DNA of 64,000 nt from Macrostomum hystrix (lineage: Eukaryota > Animalia > Platyhelminthes). The notes beneath the pieces were generated by a model, which was given only the letters and a program-made list of their open reading frames with translations, was not told the origin of the DNA and did no database searches. The stretch is taken from the NCBI GenBank assembly GCA_950097015.1, contig CATNEN010000011.1:4960001-5024000 (forward strand), read 5' to 3'. A program made the translations under genes and the position numbers. Of this stretch, positions 28,988 through 41,760 are shown piece after piece. The stretch's first letter is position 1. The number at the start of each line of letters is the position of its first letter.

Positions 28988-31280
28988 TTAATCAGACAAA
29001 ACGTCGTCCTCAACATCAATTGGATCGCCCGCGCTGCCTGATATAACGAATTGGGCCCCAACATTGGCTGTTAGCGAGCCGGGACTGCTGCTGCTCACCG
29101 CGGACTCGTGCACCGGCCTGACATCCATCAGCGCGATGCCGCCTGGACCGCCGACGCTACCGATTATCCCGCCGGCTGCAGTCACAACAATGGACGCTGG
29201 CGCATTTGACACGGCCGACAATAAGCTGGTACTTGAACGCGTCGTTGAGACATTAGCGGCCGCTGCGGCTATGAGCGCGTCGACACCCGGTTGCTGGCTG
29301 CAGCCACGGTGCTGCATCAACGCCTGCATCAGGGCATGATTCTCGTTGCGCACTTTATTCAACTCTTCGGCGAGCCTGCGCTTGTCATTCTCCAGTATCT
29401 GATTTCTGGCCTCCAGCTCCTCCGTGTGTTTCTTGCGCTTCTCTCTACATCTGGCAGCGGCTGCTCTGTTCCGCTCCAGCAGTAGCTTCCTTCTGTCGTC
29501 ATTGCTGCCACCGACTCCGCCCTGACTGCCGCCCTGACTGCCAGCTGTGTCCGACAGAGATGAAGTAGTGGACTCGGCTGGTCGTTTGGTGCTGCTGCCG
29601 ATTTGAATGCCGCTAGAAGACGAGCTGCCGCGCATTCGGTCAATTTCTTCTGCCGGCAGATTGCCCATCACTTTCTTGCGCAGGTTTTCCATCACTTCAG
29701 CTTTGCCAGGCTCCACTTTCACCTCCACCGTTGGCCTAGTTGAGCTAGTCAATTGCTGCTGCTGCTGCTGCTGCGTCTGGCTTGTGGCACTAGCTGCGGC
29801 GGCTGTGAACTGGGATAGCAGGTTACTGCTGGCTGCCGCAGCTGCTGCCGTTGTGACCGCAGTTGCCCCACTGCCCGCCGCTGCTGCTGCTGCCGCTGCT
29901 GCGGCCATAGAGTTTGGCTGAACTAAGAAACTCTTGCCGCCTGGCAGTGTCACTAGATAGGACTGATGTGCTTGGTTGGCCATCTGCTGAACCTGGATTC
30001 ATTCATTGATTAGTAGAATATTTAATTTAAATTTAACTAATTTATAACAAGGAGCCAATATAGGTCAAACTTGGTCTTTATATGTAATAAATATAATTTG
30101 AATTCTCAAACTTTCATTGGCTGATACTAATCACGTGATCTATTATAACAACTGATTACGTGATTTTCGCTACTATAAATCATGTGATTTTTTTGTTACA
30201 ACTGATCATGTGATTTTTTGGTTACAACTGATCACATGATTTTCGGATACAATTGATCACGTGATTTTTTGGTTACAATTGATCACGTGATTATATTTGA
30301 GGTGGTTATAACAAGAATTTTCCACATAAAAATAAAAACAGTAGTGTATTTTGAAAATTCACCTGCAATATCTGCTGCTGCAATTGGTATTGCATGGCTC
30401 GACTTTGCAGCATCTCAGATGGGCCTGGCTGTTGCTGCTGTTGCTGCTGTTGCTGCTGTTGCTGCTGTTGCTGCTGTTGCTGCTGTTGCTGGTCAAGCAG
30501 CGGTTGCTGCTGCTGCTGCTGTTGCAATTGTTTCTGTTGGGCCGCATTAATAATTCCAGATTTAATATCGACAAGAGAGCCGCGCAATGCCCTGGACACA
30601 GCCGACTGCGGCTGAAACACGGCTGGGCGCAGCTGAGGCGGGGAACTGGCTCCTCCTAAAGCGGCTGCCGCGTTAGTTGACGAAGAGGTGATTGTGTTAG
30701 CCAATAATTGCAGTCCAGCAACATCGTTCTGACTAACACCTGACGATGTCGACAACTCCAGTCGGGGCATTTTAGTTGGCGACAAATCCAACGGAGTCGT
30801 AGTAGCAGCCGATGATAGAACCTCCTTGATCATTGGCGTGCTGATCTTGGCATTCAGAATGTCCGGAGTTGGCACCGATTCCATCCAGGATGTGGAATTT
30901 GAGGCCGCGGCTGCTGAAGAAGCCGAAGGTTCTTGATACTTCTGCAGGTTGAATTGTTTGAAGGATGCTTCGAAAGGATTGTTGCTAATTGTTGCCGCAC
31001 CGCCATTTGTTGGCACAGCTGACAGGTTAAGTAGGCCAGTAAGCCCAATCGAGCCCGTGTCTAATGGAACTATTGGCGATAAAGAGATCACCGGGGTGTC
31101 CAGGACGCGACCCCGCAGCTCCTTCATTGGCGACGGGGTGTCCAGAGACACTGTGGCGGTGGCTTCTGACTTGGCAATGAGCGGCAGTTTGGAGTGCAAT
31201 TTCAAGCGATGCTGCGTCAGCTCTAAATTAGAAGAGAACATTTGGCCGCAGGTGTCGCAGGCCACTAAGAGTTTAGACGC
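28988..31280 (-). CDS. ATF2: ATF2/ATF7/CREB5-family transcription factor; exons 31280-30363 and 29992-28988; initiating exon upstream (candidate 34706-34674)
   Basis: C2H2 finger CDTC-x12-H-x4-H, DTPSP MAPK-site equivalent, NPFEASFK motif, bZIP LERNRAAAARCREKRK...QHRGC. Phase-0 GT-AG junctions; exon 31280 starts at an AG with no ATG. Confidence 0.9.
30128..30300. repeat. ~26-27-bp repeat with ATCAC/TGTGAT E-box-like palindromes in the ATF intron
   Basis: ACAACTGATCAYGTGATTTTTT units. Confidence 0.75.
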
Positions 31281-32152
31281 CTGAAAAGGGGGTAGAAAGT
31301 CATCATTTGTAACTGTTGTTCTACTGCTTTAGTCTAATCTAATACCAAACCAAATTATCATCTATAATAAATTTACAAATGAGTAAATGGAAATCTAGTG
31401 ACATGAATTACAATAAAAATCTATAATTACATGAACAAGTACTGTATTAAGGAAATTTAATTAAGTGTGATGACAAATAGTAGAGGTCTAGGCAAATGAG
31501 AATTATACAATAACAAAAACTTAGCTTCTCTTTCGGGATAATATATTGTAGTCATTTTTACTTGTTAAAGTTCTATTAAACTATCAAATTTGTTTTTCTT
31601 AAGTGTCTACCACTATTTGACTTATAATATAAATAATCCAAATAAAGTGTTATTTATAAGCAAAAAAGTTAAAATAAAGCAAAAAACTACTATATTTAAT
31701 TAAAATATTTTTCACTATTCCTAATACCCAAAGTTTTGATTTTGATTCAACTAATTTAGAGATCCTGCTAAAACTTGAAACTAGACAGCAGTAAGCTGCT
31801 AATTGATTTGTCAATATACTAACAAGGCTAATGTCAACATGCAATTTCAATGTTAAACATATTTTTGGTTAGCTATAAACAAAAATACAGAGGAAATATT
31901 TGTTGCCTCCGAAAAAATTTGTTTGATTTCAAAATGAAAAGACAATTATTTTGACAAAGTAAACTATTTTTACACTCACAATTTTTTTATTCTACTAAAT
32001 AATTTACCATATAAAATAAAATCAAGTTGGGTAGACCTACAAAAAACTCAGAAACAGATAACTAGGGACTATATATTGAACCTTTTCAACCTAGTTATAG
32101 CTAAAATACTAGTTACCTCTAAAGAGTTGTTCTAAAATTTGATTGTAATTTA

Positions 32153-32528
32153 GGTACCTGGACACTTCGTCATCTTACAACTTCGTCATCCAGATGACAA
32201 TCTGTCCAATATCTTAGAGGGTGGATGACAAAGAGACTTAGACTTATGGACACTTTGTCATCTATAAAACAAAAGTTTTCAAAGTTAGAACAGAACCAGC
32301 CCTCCCCACCTCCTCACATCGTGTTGGCACCTATCTTTTAACTCTTATAATGAAATCAGTTTTGACACATCTTTTTGACAATTTAGAGTGTGAAGTGTGT
32401 TCACCTCTGCCCCATCACCCCACCTTCACTTTATTGATGACGAACTTGATTGCTTGTTATTAGTAGATGATGAACTGACCAAACTTTAAAGCATGCCAAT
32501 TGGCTGGATGACGAAGTGTCTAGGATCC
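32153..32528. mobile_element. Non-autonomous DNA transposon (MITE), 376 bp, 8-bp TSD
   Basis: TIR GGTACCTGGACACTTCGTCATC ... GATGACGAAGTGTCTAGGATCC; GTAATTTA duplicated at 32145-52 and 32529-36. Confidence 0.85.
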
Positions 32529-33494
32529 GTAATTTAGAACATTTTTCATCAAGACTATATTTTAGGAAAATAAAAGGATTATTTGAGTTATGACTTTTCA
32601 GATTTTTTCGCTAATTAAGTGGTTGCAAAGCTATGCATAACTAAGTTTATTCATAAAACACATAGACACCAACATCAACAAAAAACATTGGTCTTGAGCA
32701 AAAATGGCTGTTTGTCAGGCAAACTATTCAATATGAGAATAGAATTAAAGTTTTTGTATATCTAGCAGAGTTTAATAAGGGCAAGAGACTAGTATTAGTA
32801 GGTTTATCTAGAGGCCTAAATTAATCATTATGGTAGCTAGATAACTACTAGCTAATTTAAGGCCAAGAAACTTCTATATGATAGCCTAGTTATAGTAAAA
32901 AACTGCTAATTAGGCCCACTAGGTATATATAGCATTATTAACTAGCAATGGCTATGTTCTACAAACAATGGTTACAGCCTGCCAATGTACTTAGTGCTAG
33001 TGCTAGTATATACCACTTATAATAAACCACAAAGTTGGCTGTTAAAGAGTCCATTGAATTAACTTGGAAATTAGAATTCCAGTGGCATAGCCACGGTGGA
33101 GTCAATGGAGTTCATGACCCATGACACCTTCAGAAACCGGATTTATGGACTAGCTTTATGCAGCTCCAGCTGCATGTAGGTGGTGGGTATTTCAAGGCCA
33201 TGGGGCTGTGGCCAATAACACAACCCTGGCGAAAATTCTGGCAACACCACTCTGAAATACTGAGCATGCACCACTGCATTATTAACCTTTTTAAAACATT
33301 AAATAATCTCTGTATAGTTTTATGAACATGGATAAATTGTAATATTTATTATTGGTAGTAAGTAGCATCATAACCCAGGTCAGTAACACCACTGTGTCAA
33401 TGAAGCTAACCGCATTTCTAGCATTTATTGCATACAAAAATATATTTAAATTTTTGCTGTAATTTTTTCGTTTAATTAGGTACCGTATTATTTA

Positions 33495-34230
33495 TGGCAG
33501 TGCTTATCCCCACGGTACCGTAGAAATAATTTTTGTCTTATTCCTACGGTACCGTGGGAATAATTTCCTGCTTATCCGCACGGCACACTGACGAGATAGC
33601 TGTCCTATCTTCAACATATTCCGTGGGAATAATTTCCTGCTTATCCGCATGGCACACTGACGAGATAGCTGTCCTATCTTCAACATATTCCGTGGGAATA
33701 ATTTCCTGCTTATCCGCACGGCACACTGACGAGATAGCTGTCCTATCTTCAACATATTCCGTGGGAATAATTTCCTGCTTATCCGCACGGCACACTGACG
33801 AGATAGCTGTCCTATCATCAATCTTTTTATCATGACTGCAATTTTCCTTTTTTCTTCCGGTTTTTAAAAGCAAGTAAACAAATTAAAGTTTTCTGCTTTT
33901 TTCGCAAGTAGTTACCCAATACGGTGGCTTTTTAAAGTATATAAAATATATATTTCTATTATTTATATATTCAAAAGAATACAACTGAAGTGTGTATTTT
34001 TCTAATCTTATAGCTCAAGCCTTCTAAGTCTATAATCCAGTCTATTACTTTATTCTAGGCCAAGTTAAAATAGGTCCATAAAAAATGTCTGACAGTGCCA
34101 ACGGAATATGTTGAAGATAGGACAGCTATCTCGTCAGTGTGCCGTGCGGATAAGCAGGAAATTATTCCCACGGTACCGTAGGAATAAGACAAAAGTTATT
34201 TCCACGGTACCGTAGGGATAAGCACTGCCA
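33495..34230. mobile_element. Foldback-like MITE with ~135-bp TIRs and a 69-bp subterminal tandem array
   Basis: 33495-33625 is the reverse complement of ~34100-34230; four 69-bp units on the left arm (33581, 33650, 33719, 33788); TTATTTA duplicated on both sides. Confidence 0.85.
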
Positions 34231-35067
34231 TTATTTATTATTAAACTTCCTACTATGAGTTCTTGGAAAACATTTGAATCTATTTTAGCAAAAGCCTGAA
34301 AGAAAAACTAATAAACTGAACAGAAATTGTTTGTATTAATAGGATTCTGTACTTTTAGCTTCAATAGAAGTTTCAATTACTGATGACATGTCTCAAATTT
34401 TGCTCTTTGTTTTAGTATTATAGCTTCTATTCAACTAATTTTGAACTTTAATGGCGATAACTAAAATAAATATAAACTTTACTAATTATATAATGTAACT
34501 ATTTAAATTCTTAATGGTTCTAGAATTCTCCTCTGATGTTCATAGATTTTCTGCCTTTCTTTTAACCAGATACCAACTAAATATCTTTATATTTTGTGAA
34601 ATTATGAATTTCAGTAGGCCTACTTTATTACTTATAAACAAGCCTCACTAGGAATAAAGTTTACAAAGCTTACTATTGGCGATCGTTTTATCTGCTGCCA
34701 GTTCATCTGCCACCCAGCCCTCTATGGTCTGCTAAAATACGATCGAGTCATTTCTTCTGCCGCTCATATTATTATAAAATCGCGCACATCTTGGTTTAAA
34801 TTTCATGATAAGATTAGGATTCCTAAATCCTAGCATTACAAATAAATTCATTGAATTATGAATAAATCATTTTATAAAATAAAAATCCAAAATCAGCGAA
34901 ATATAAATATAAATTATAAAAAGATAATAAAAAATGAATAAATTAATATATTTCTCAATATTTTTCACTTGTATGCTTATTTTCATTTGATTTTAGTGTA
35001 AATTAAATCTAGAGGTTGAACATGATGTACTAGGCCCTACTAGCACACTAGAGGTCCTACAACTAGA

Positions 35068-35255
35068 GGTTGCAGGCTAGTGGCTAATTATACTGTTGGA
35101 CTCATGACTTGAAGGTCAGGAGTTCGATTCTCGAATCCACTAGAACAATTTGTGTCCTTTAGCAAGACACTTCACCTAGCTGTTAAATGGGTATGCCTAC
35201 AAGCACTAAGCTAGTATAATTAAAGGTAGGTGTGGCATCCCCCTGTCTATAAACT
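35068..35255 (+). mobile_element. Degenerate tRNA-derived CORE-like SINE
   Basis: A-box-like TAGTGGCTAA, B box GAGTTCGATTC, then TTGTGTCCTTTAGCAAGACACTTCACC...CTGTTAAATGGGTA resembling the CORE domain. Confidence 0.5.
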
Positions 35256-36493
35256 AAATAGCTGTACACTTCAGATACATTGCACAATAGTGCTGCTGTG
35301 CTTTTGGCTGCCCAATTAGGGCATATTATTAATAATATGTAAAGAAAATTATTTAGCAGGCTAATGACAATATGCCAAATTTCCTCCTACTTGTCCTTGA
35401 CTTGTAAGAGCTGAAGCTACTAGCCTAGCTTACAACTTCAATTAATTTATCTGTGACTGGGATTTTTATTAACAAATTAACAAAACAACAAGACCTCATG
35501 GCTCATGCCATTTTTTATTAAAATTGTCAATCATGAAATTCAAGTATATATTTGTTACCTTTGAGCTAGGATGTAAATTTGTGGGATAAGAAATTTCTTT
35601 TGTTATATATGGTAATTTTTGTTATTTTACATTTTTTTCAACAGATTTATATACAAAGATAAAGGTCTGACTAAAGTTAGGGCCCTTTGCTATAGTCTCT
35701 TTTGCTGTTGTTGGTAATAAGTGTTCAGTCATCTAATATAAATTTTCATATTATTACTAGTCTAATTTCTAGTTCTAGTTTCTAGTAATTCTAATTCAAA
35801 TTCTAGTAATAATTAAGTCATGTCATAGTAATAGACAAAGCATAAATAAAATTATGTCACAACACACATGTTATTGTAACCAAGCCAATAAAAGTGATCA
35901 TTATTGACAATGCTTTGGTTTTTGCATTTTTATAGTCTTTTTATTTATTTATTTTTTAATTATGAATACCATTTATATCCTAGATGTTAACACTTGTCTT
36001 GTCCTATCTTAGTGTCTACTAATTGAATCTTTGAATGTTTGAATGTGAGTTCTAAGCTTAATTTCTATTGATTATTGGCCTATCAGAAATGTAGTACTAA
36101 AGCACTTTTTGGTAACTTTATATAGCTATAGGCCCTAGTCATTATTATATTTGATGCAATCAGTAACAAATGCCAAAAGCCACCTTTTGTCTGAGCTATA
36201 ATGTTTCTTAGCTAGGCGTCAAAGTTTGAAGGGCTTGATAAATATAAATGAAAAATAATTCCTATGTAAAGCCCAATATAGATTTAATATTTTTACTAAG
36301 AATTTTGAGTGTTGCATGTATTTGGATGTCTTGTGATGTATTAGCCTAATTTTATTTTAATACATACCATGCATAGTATTTATACAAACTATTACAGCAC
36401 AATCTGAATATCAGTTAAATTTAATACTTAATTACACAAAATTCCAATAAAAGAAAACACTGACAATTTTGACTCCAATAAATTGAATACGCA

Positions 36494-39400
36494 ATGGAGG
36501 AGGAAGCACAAACTAATGTGCCATCATCATCTGTCAGTGCCAGTGCTGTTGAAGGAAAAAATGAAGCAACTGTGCCATCTGAGCCATCGTTGGAGCCTGA
36601 AGCTTCAGTACAAGAGCAGGACCCCGATGCTGGCTGTGCCAGCTCTGCCAGCTCCTGGCTAAACATGGGCTCCTGGCTGTCCTATGCCAAGGAACAGTCA
36701 GCAACAGTCTATCAGAGCACAAGGGCTCAGAGTGCTCATGTCTGGGGCTTTGTTAAGAAGGATTTGGGGGAATTTGCTTCGACTATTAAGGCCGATACAA
36801 AGGCAGTTTATGAACAGGTGATTTCATAATATTTGGGTCACTATTTTAGTGATCAATGATTTCTAGGTAGTGTTGCATTCATTCCCAGATCCTCAGATTA
36901 GGGTATGGCTGCTTTCCCAGATCCTCAGATTAGGGTATGGCTGCTTTCCCAGATCCTCAGATTTAGGTATAGATACTCTCCCAGATTCTCAGATTAAGGT
37001 ATTGCTACTCTCCCAGATCCTCAGATTATGGTATTGTTCTCTCCCAGATGCTCAGATTATGGTATTGTTCTCTCCCAGATCCTCAGATTATGGTATTGTT
37101 CTCTCCCAGATGCTCAGATTATGGTATTGTTCTCTCCCAGATCCTCAGATTATGGTATTGTTCTCTCCCAGATCCTCAGATTATGGTATTGTTCTCTCCC
37201 AGATCCTCAGATTATGGTATTGTTCTCTCCCAGATCCTCAGATTATGGTATTGTTCTCTCCCAGATCCTCAGATTATGGTATTGTTCTCTCCCAGATGCT
37301 CAGATTATGGTATTGTTCTCTCCCAGATCCTCAGATTATGGTATTGTTCTCTCCCAGATCCTCAGATTATGGTATTGTTCTCTCCCAGATGCTCAGATTA
37401 TGGTATTGTTCTCTCCCAGATCCTCAGATTATGGTATTGTTCTCTCCCAGATGCTCAGATTATGGTATTGTTCTCTCCCAGATGCTCAGATTATGGTATT
37501 GTTCTCTCCCAGATGCTCAGATTATGGTATTGTTCTCTCCCAGATGCTCAGATTATGGTATTGTTCTCTCCCAGATGCTCAGATTATGGTATTGTTCTCT
37601 CCCAGATCCTCAGATTATGGTATTGTTCTCTCCCAGATGCTCAGATTATGGTATTGTTCTCTCCCAGATCCTCAGATTATGGTATTGTTCTCTCCCAGAT
37701 CCTCAGATTATGGTATTGTTCTCTCCCAGATCCTCAGATTATGGTATTGTTCTCTCCCAGATGCTCAGATTATGGTATTGTTCTCTCCCAGATGCTCAGA
37801 TTATGGTATTGTTCTCTCCCAGATCCTCAGATTATGGTATTGTTCTCTCCCAGATGCTCAGATTATGGTATTGTTCTCTCCCAGATCCTCAGATTATGGT
37901 ATTGTTCTCTCCCAGATGCTCAGATTATGGTATTGTTCTCTCCCAGATCCTCAGATTATGGTATTGTTCTCTCCCAGATGCTCAGATTATGGTATTGTTC
38001 TCTCCCAGATCCTCAGATTATGGTATTGTTCTCTCCCAGATCCTCAGATTATGGTATTGTTCTCTCCCAGATCCTCAGATTATGGTATTGTTCTCTCCCA
38101 GATCCTCAGATTAGGGTATTGTTGCTCTACCAGATCCTTAGATTAGAATATTGTTGCTATCCCAGATCCTCAGATTAGGGTATTGTTATTCTCCCAGATC
38201 CTCAGATTAGGGTATTGTTGTTCTCCCAGATTCTCAGATTAGGGTATTGTTGCTATCCCAGATCCTCAGATTAGGGTAATTTTGCTATCCCAGTTCCTCA
38301 GATTAGGGTATTGTTGCTATATAAGATCCTCAGATTAGGGTATTGTTGTTCTCCCAGATCCTCAGATTAGGGTATTGTTGCTATCCCAGATCCTCAGATT
38401 AGGGTATTGTTGCTCTCCCAGATCCTCAGATTAAAATTCATCCCAATCTGCCGCTCAGGTGCGCGGCTCCGGAGCGGATGATGAAGGCGGCGCTGGAGGC
38501 AGTGGTGAGCCACGCTCTGATGCCACCCAACGGCTGCGCAGCGGCCTGAGCAGCCTGGTCAGCACAATGGCTAACGCTATGTACATACCGCCGGATGATA
38601 GCGACGAGCAGGCTCTCGTGGTCACCAGGGACGGCGAAGTCTGTGCGCACGACTGGGAGAAAGGAAGAATCGACGCGCTTAAAAGCGACCCCGCTACATT
38701 TCTGGCCGATCCGCAGGTTAGTTTTCATATTATTTGCCCCATACTACAGGATATAAATCCCAAAATCTCAGATTTAAATCCCTTTAACAGAGTTTTTATT
38801 TTCCCAAGTTTCATCACCATCCCATTTAATTGAGATCCCATTATAATCTAATGCTTAAATTCCATTCTCCCAAATCAAGATCCGAAATCCCAAGCTAAAA
38901 TCCCAATCCCATTCTCTAAAATCTGGATACCATAATAATCCCAAGTTTAGAATACCAATGCTGTTAAATCACTATCCCAGAATCCCACATGAAGACGCAT
39001 ACTAACAATAGAAATCCTTCTCACAATTTTCCCAAAGTCCCATATCTCTATCCCTATCATCCCATCTCCTACTCCATGGAAACCACTTCAGGGCCAGCCG
39101 GAGGCATTCCTGGCCTTTCTAAGCGAATTCGACGCCGACTCGGAGCGTCAGGAGATCTCGGAGCTGCTAATGGCTTCCGCAGAGTTGCGCTCACTCTATT
39201 CTCAACTGGTGCCCGCCGAATTGCCGCACAAGCACTTCTGGGCCAGGTGAGATTTCATCATTTTAGGCACAGTCAATCAGCTAGTTACCTGAGGCTAGCT
39301 CTCTTCAGTTACCTGAGGCTAGCTCTGTTGAGTTACCTGAGGCTAGCTCTCCTGAGTTACCTGAGGCTAGCTCTCATCGGTTACCTGAGGCTAGCTCTCT

Positions 39401-40429
39401 TGAGTTACCTGAGGCTAGCTCTCATCGGTTACCTGAGGCTAGCTCTCCTGAGTTACCTGAGGCTAGCTCTCATCGGTTACCTGAGGCTAGCTCTCTTGAG
39501 TTACCTGAGGCTAGCTCTCTTGAGTTACCTGAGGCTAGCTCTCTTGAGTTACCTGAGGCTAGCTCTCTTCAGTTACCTGAGGCTAGCTCTCCTGAGTTAC
39601 CTGAGGCTAGCTCTCTTGAGTTACCTGAGGCTAGCTCTCATCGGTTACCTGAGGCTAGCTCTCCTGAGTTACCTGAGGCTAGCTCATTTCAGTTACCTGA
39701 GGCTAGCTCCCTTCAGTTACCTGAGGCTAGCTCTCTTCAGTTACCTGAGGCTAGCTCTCTTGAGTTACCTGAGGCTAGCTTCTCTCAGGATGTATTTATG
39801 TATTTGCTTCACTGGCTCCTTCCCCAATGACCCTCAGATACTACTTCCGTGTGCGCGCCATTCGCGACACGGCTCGTCAACGCCAAGAGCTAAAACGTCG
39901 GGCGGCCGCTGCCACCGCCGCCGATTATCAGCAGCAACAGCAGCAGCAGCAGTTATCGGCGCAGCATAGAGATGGCAAGGGTGCACCGGAGCTTGACACC
40001 ATCAGCTGGGATGACGACGATGAAGACGAGGACAACAATGCCCGCGTTCAAGAGTCCACAGTCGCTGGCGTCAGCTCGACCGATTTGAAACTGTGCGAAC
40101 GCGGCGACACCATCGTTGTCCGGCATCCGGCTTCAGGCAGCAGCGAGGAGGGCGCTGCCATCGACACCCAGCAACAGCAGCAGGAGCAGCATGAGCAGTC
40201 CGCCAAAATTGAGCTTCACCCAGCAGCCGCACCGGCTCAGCAGCAGCCAGCGGTTCCTTCAACAGCCGCCGCTGCCGACTGGAACGAAGACGAAGACATT
40301 GACGACGTGGAACTGACCGAGGAAGATTTGCAGAAGGCCAGAGAGTTGGCCCTCGGCGGTGTGAAGTCCGCTAACGCCGGCGCTGACGACGAAGATATGG
40401 GAGAGGACGATTGGGGAAAATGGGAGTAG
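36494..40429 (+). CDS. BSDC1: BSD domain-containing protein 1, ~442 aa; exons 36494-36817, 38459-38716, 39092-39246, 39838-40429
   Basis: FVKKDLGEF; LKSDPATFLADPQ|GQPEAFLAFLSEF...EISELL...LYSQLVP...HFWAR|YYFRV (BSD domain). Phases 0,0,2 match; 1329 nt. Confidence 0.92.
36880..38432. repeat. 31-bp minisatellite filling BSDC1 intron 1
   Basis: CTCCCAGATSCTCAGATTATGGTATTGTTCT, ~50 copies. Confidence 0.95.
39283..39785. repeat. 24-bp minisatellite filling BSDC1 intron 3
   Basis: GTTACCTGAGGCTAGCTCTCTTGA, ~21 copies. Confidence 0.95.
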
Positions 40430-41536
40430 ACTTTAGGATTTCAGAGGTGTGGACTTTTAGTGGTTTTCAGCGGTATCTGGTTTTGTTCGCTGCGTACTAC
40501 TCGTGGTACAGTGAGAGGACCTACACTTTTAGGACTCAAGTCCCGCCACTAACTTGTGCTTTTTCTTCCTCTTTGGTGTTTAAGGAGGTAAAAATACTTT
40601 GTTTGAACTTTAATATCCAAGCCTTGCTTACAATAATGTGATTCTTTATTTCATGTGATTTTACTAATTAAAAAATCACTTAATTTGGTTATTAACAATA
40701 ACAATTCTTAAAACAAACCTATTCTGTCTACATTCAAACTTTTGCGGTGGCTGGTTATTAAGCAAAACAACAAAATTAAATAACTAATTAATCGATTAAA
40801 TTAAAAGTATGTTAACCCTTCTGGCTTTCCTACTGTTTATTGTGTCGTGTGTGTTTTTTTGTACAAAAATTGAAATAAGAATATTGGGCCTGTTCTTAAA
40901 GAAGAAACGTGTAAAAAAGTTCATTCATAATTATTTTTTGTTCTTTATTTTCACTTTGTAATTCGTGTAAATTTTTGCTGAATATAAAAACGCATTGAAT
41001 TTTGAGTTTGAAAGGAAGTCCATATTGAAGTCTTGTGAATTATCAGTTAAAATCCATTCAATTTATTATTGTTAAAGCTGTGAACTTAAGTGAAAGTTAA
41101 AGAAAGATGTTTTCTGCGGACAAATCCTGTGTATGCCCCGTCCCGCTTGTATATCGATTTCCTTTACTGACAGATGTGTGCACTTGAACACAGAGAAAAT
41201 ACATACATACATACGGGATTCAGGCCGTTTTAATTGATTAAGCCTTATTTAATTAATATTCAACAAATCGACATAAAAAAATAGCTTGGTATTTCTACTG
41301 TTAACTGGAGAGGTCAGGAGTTCGAATCTCAGCCCAAGAGAACCGTTTTTTATAATAAGACGTGAAATAGAGCTACCTCCTCTGACATAGCTGACATAGA
41401 CTGAACAGTTGTACACAGCTTTTAGAAGCGCCACGCGATAGTTGAAGCTGTACATTTGACGCTAGGTATTGGCTAGGTGTTTTATTTCAATATTATTATT
41501 CGGTGTTTAAACAAGTGTACACTATAGACCAGTCTA

Positions 41537-41687
41537 GAGTGCATGAGGTTGTACTCTCAGACAGAACCCAGCAAGTGTGTGCTGTGTGCAGATCTGGCAT
41601 GTTCCCAGCTTGAGTGCGTGAGGTTGTACTCTCAGAACCCAGCAAGTGTGTGCTGTGTGCAGATCTGGCATGTTCCCAGCTTGAGTG
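41537..41687. repeat. 75/71-bp direct duplication upstream of the OGFr ORF
   Basis: Copies start at 41537 and 41612 and differ by a 4-bp indel and one substitution. Confidence 0.85.
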
Positions 41688-41760
41688 ACATCTCCAACTG
41701 TCGTACTTGCAGAGCTCTCATTAGCAGCCTAGAGCAGGCTCTCAACCGAGAAGAGTTTCC

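Noticed and set aside
33080-33255. CAGTGGCATAGCCA...TGGCAACACCACT hAT-like MITE ends
   Set aside because: Ends too diverged and no TSD found; at most an old relic.
33586-33615. Hammerhead-like CTGACGA + GATAG/CTATC stem in the 69-bp units
   Set aside because: The required GAAA after stem II is TTCA; no stem III or NUH site.
36870-38178. Three overlapping ~400-aa ORFs
   Set aside because: 31-bp intronic array of BSDC1; the same peptide cycles through all frames.
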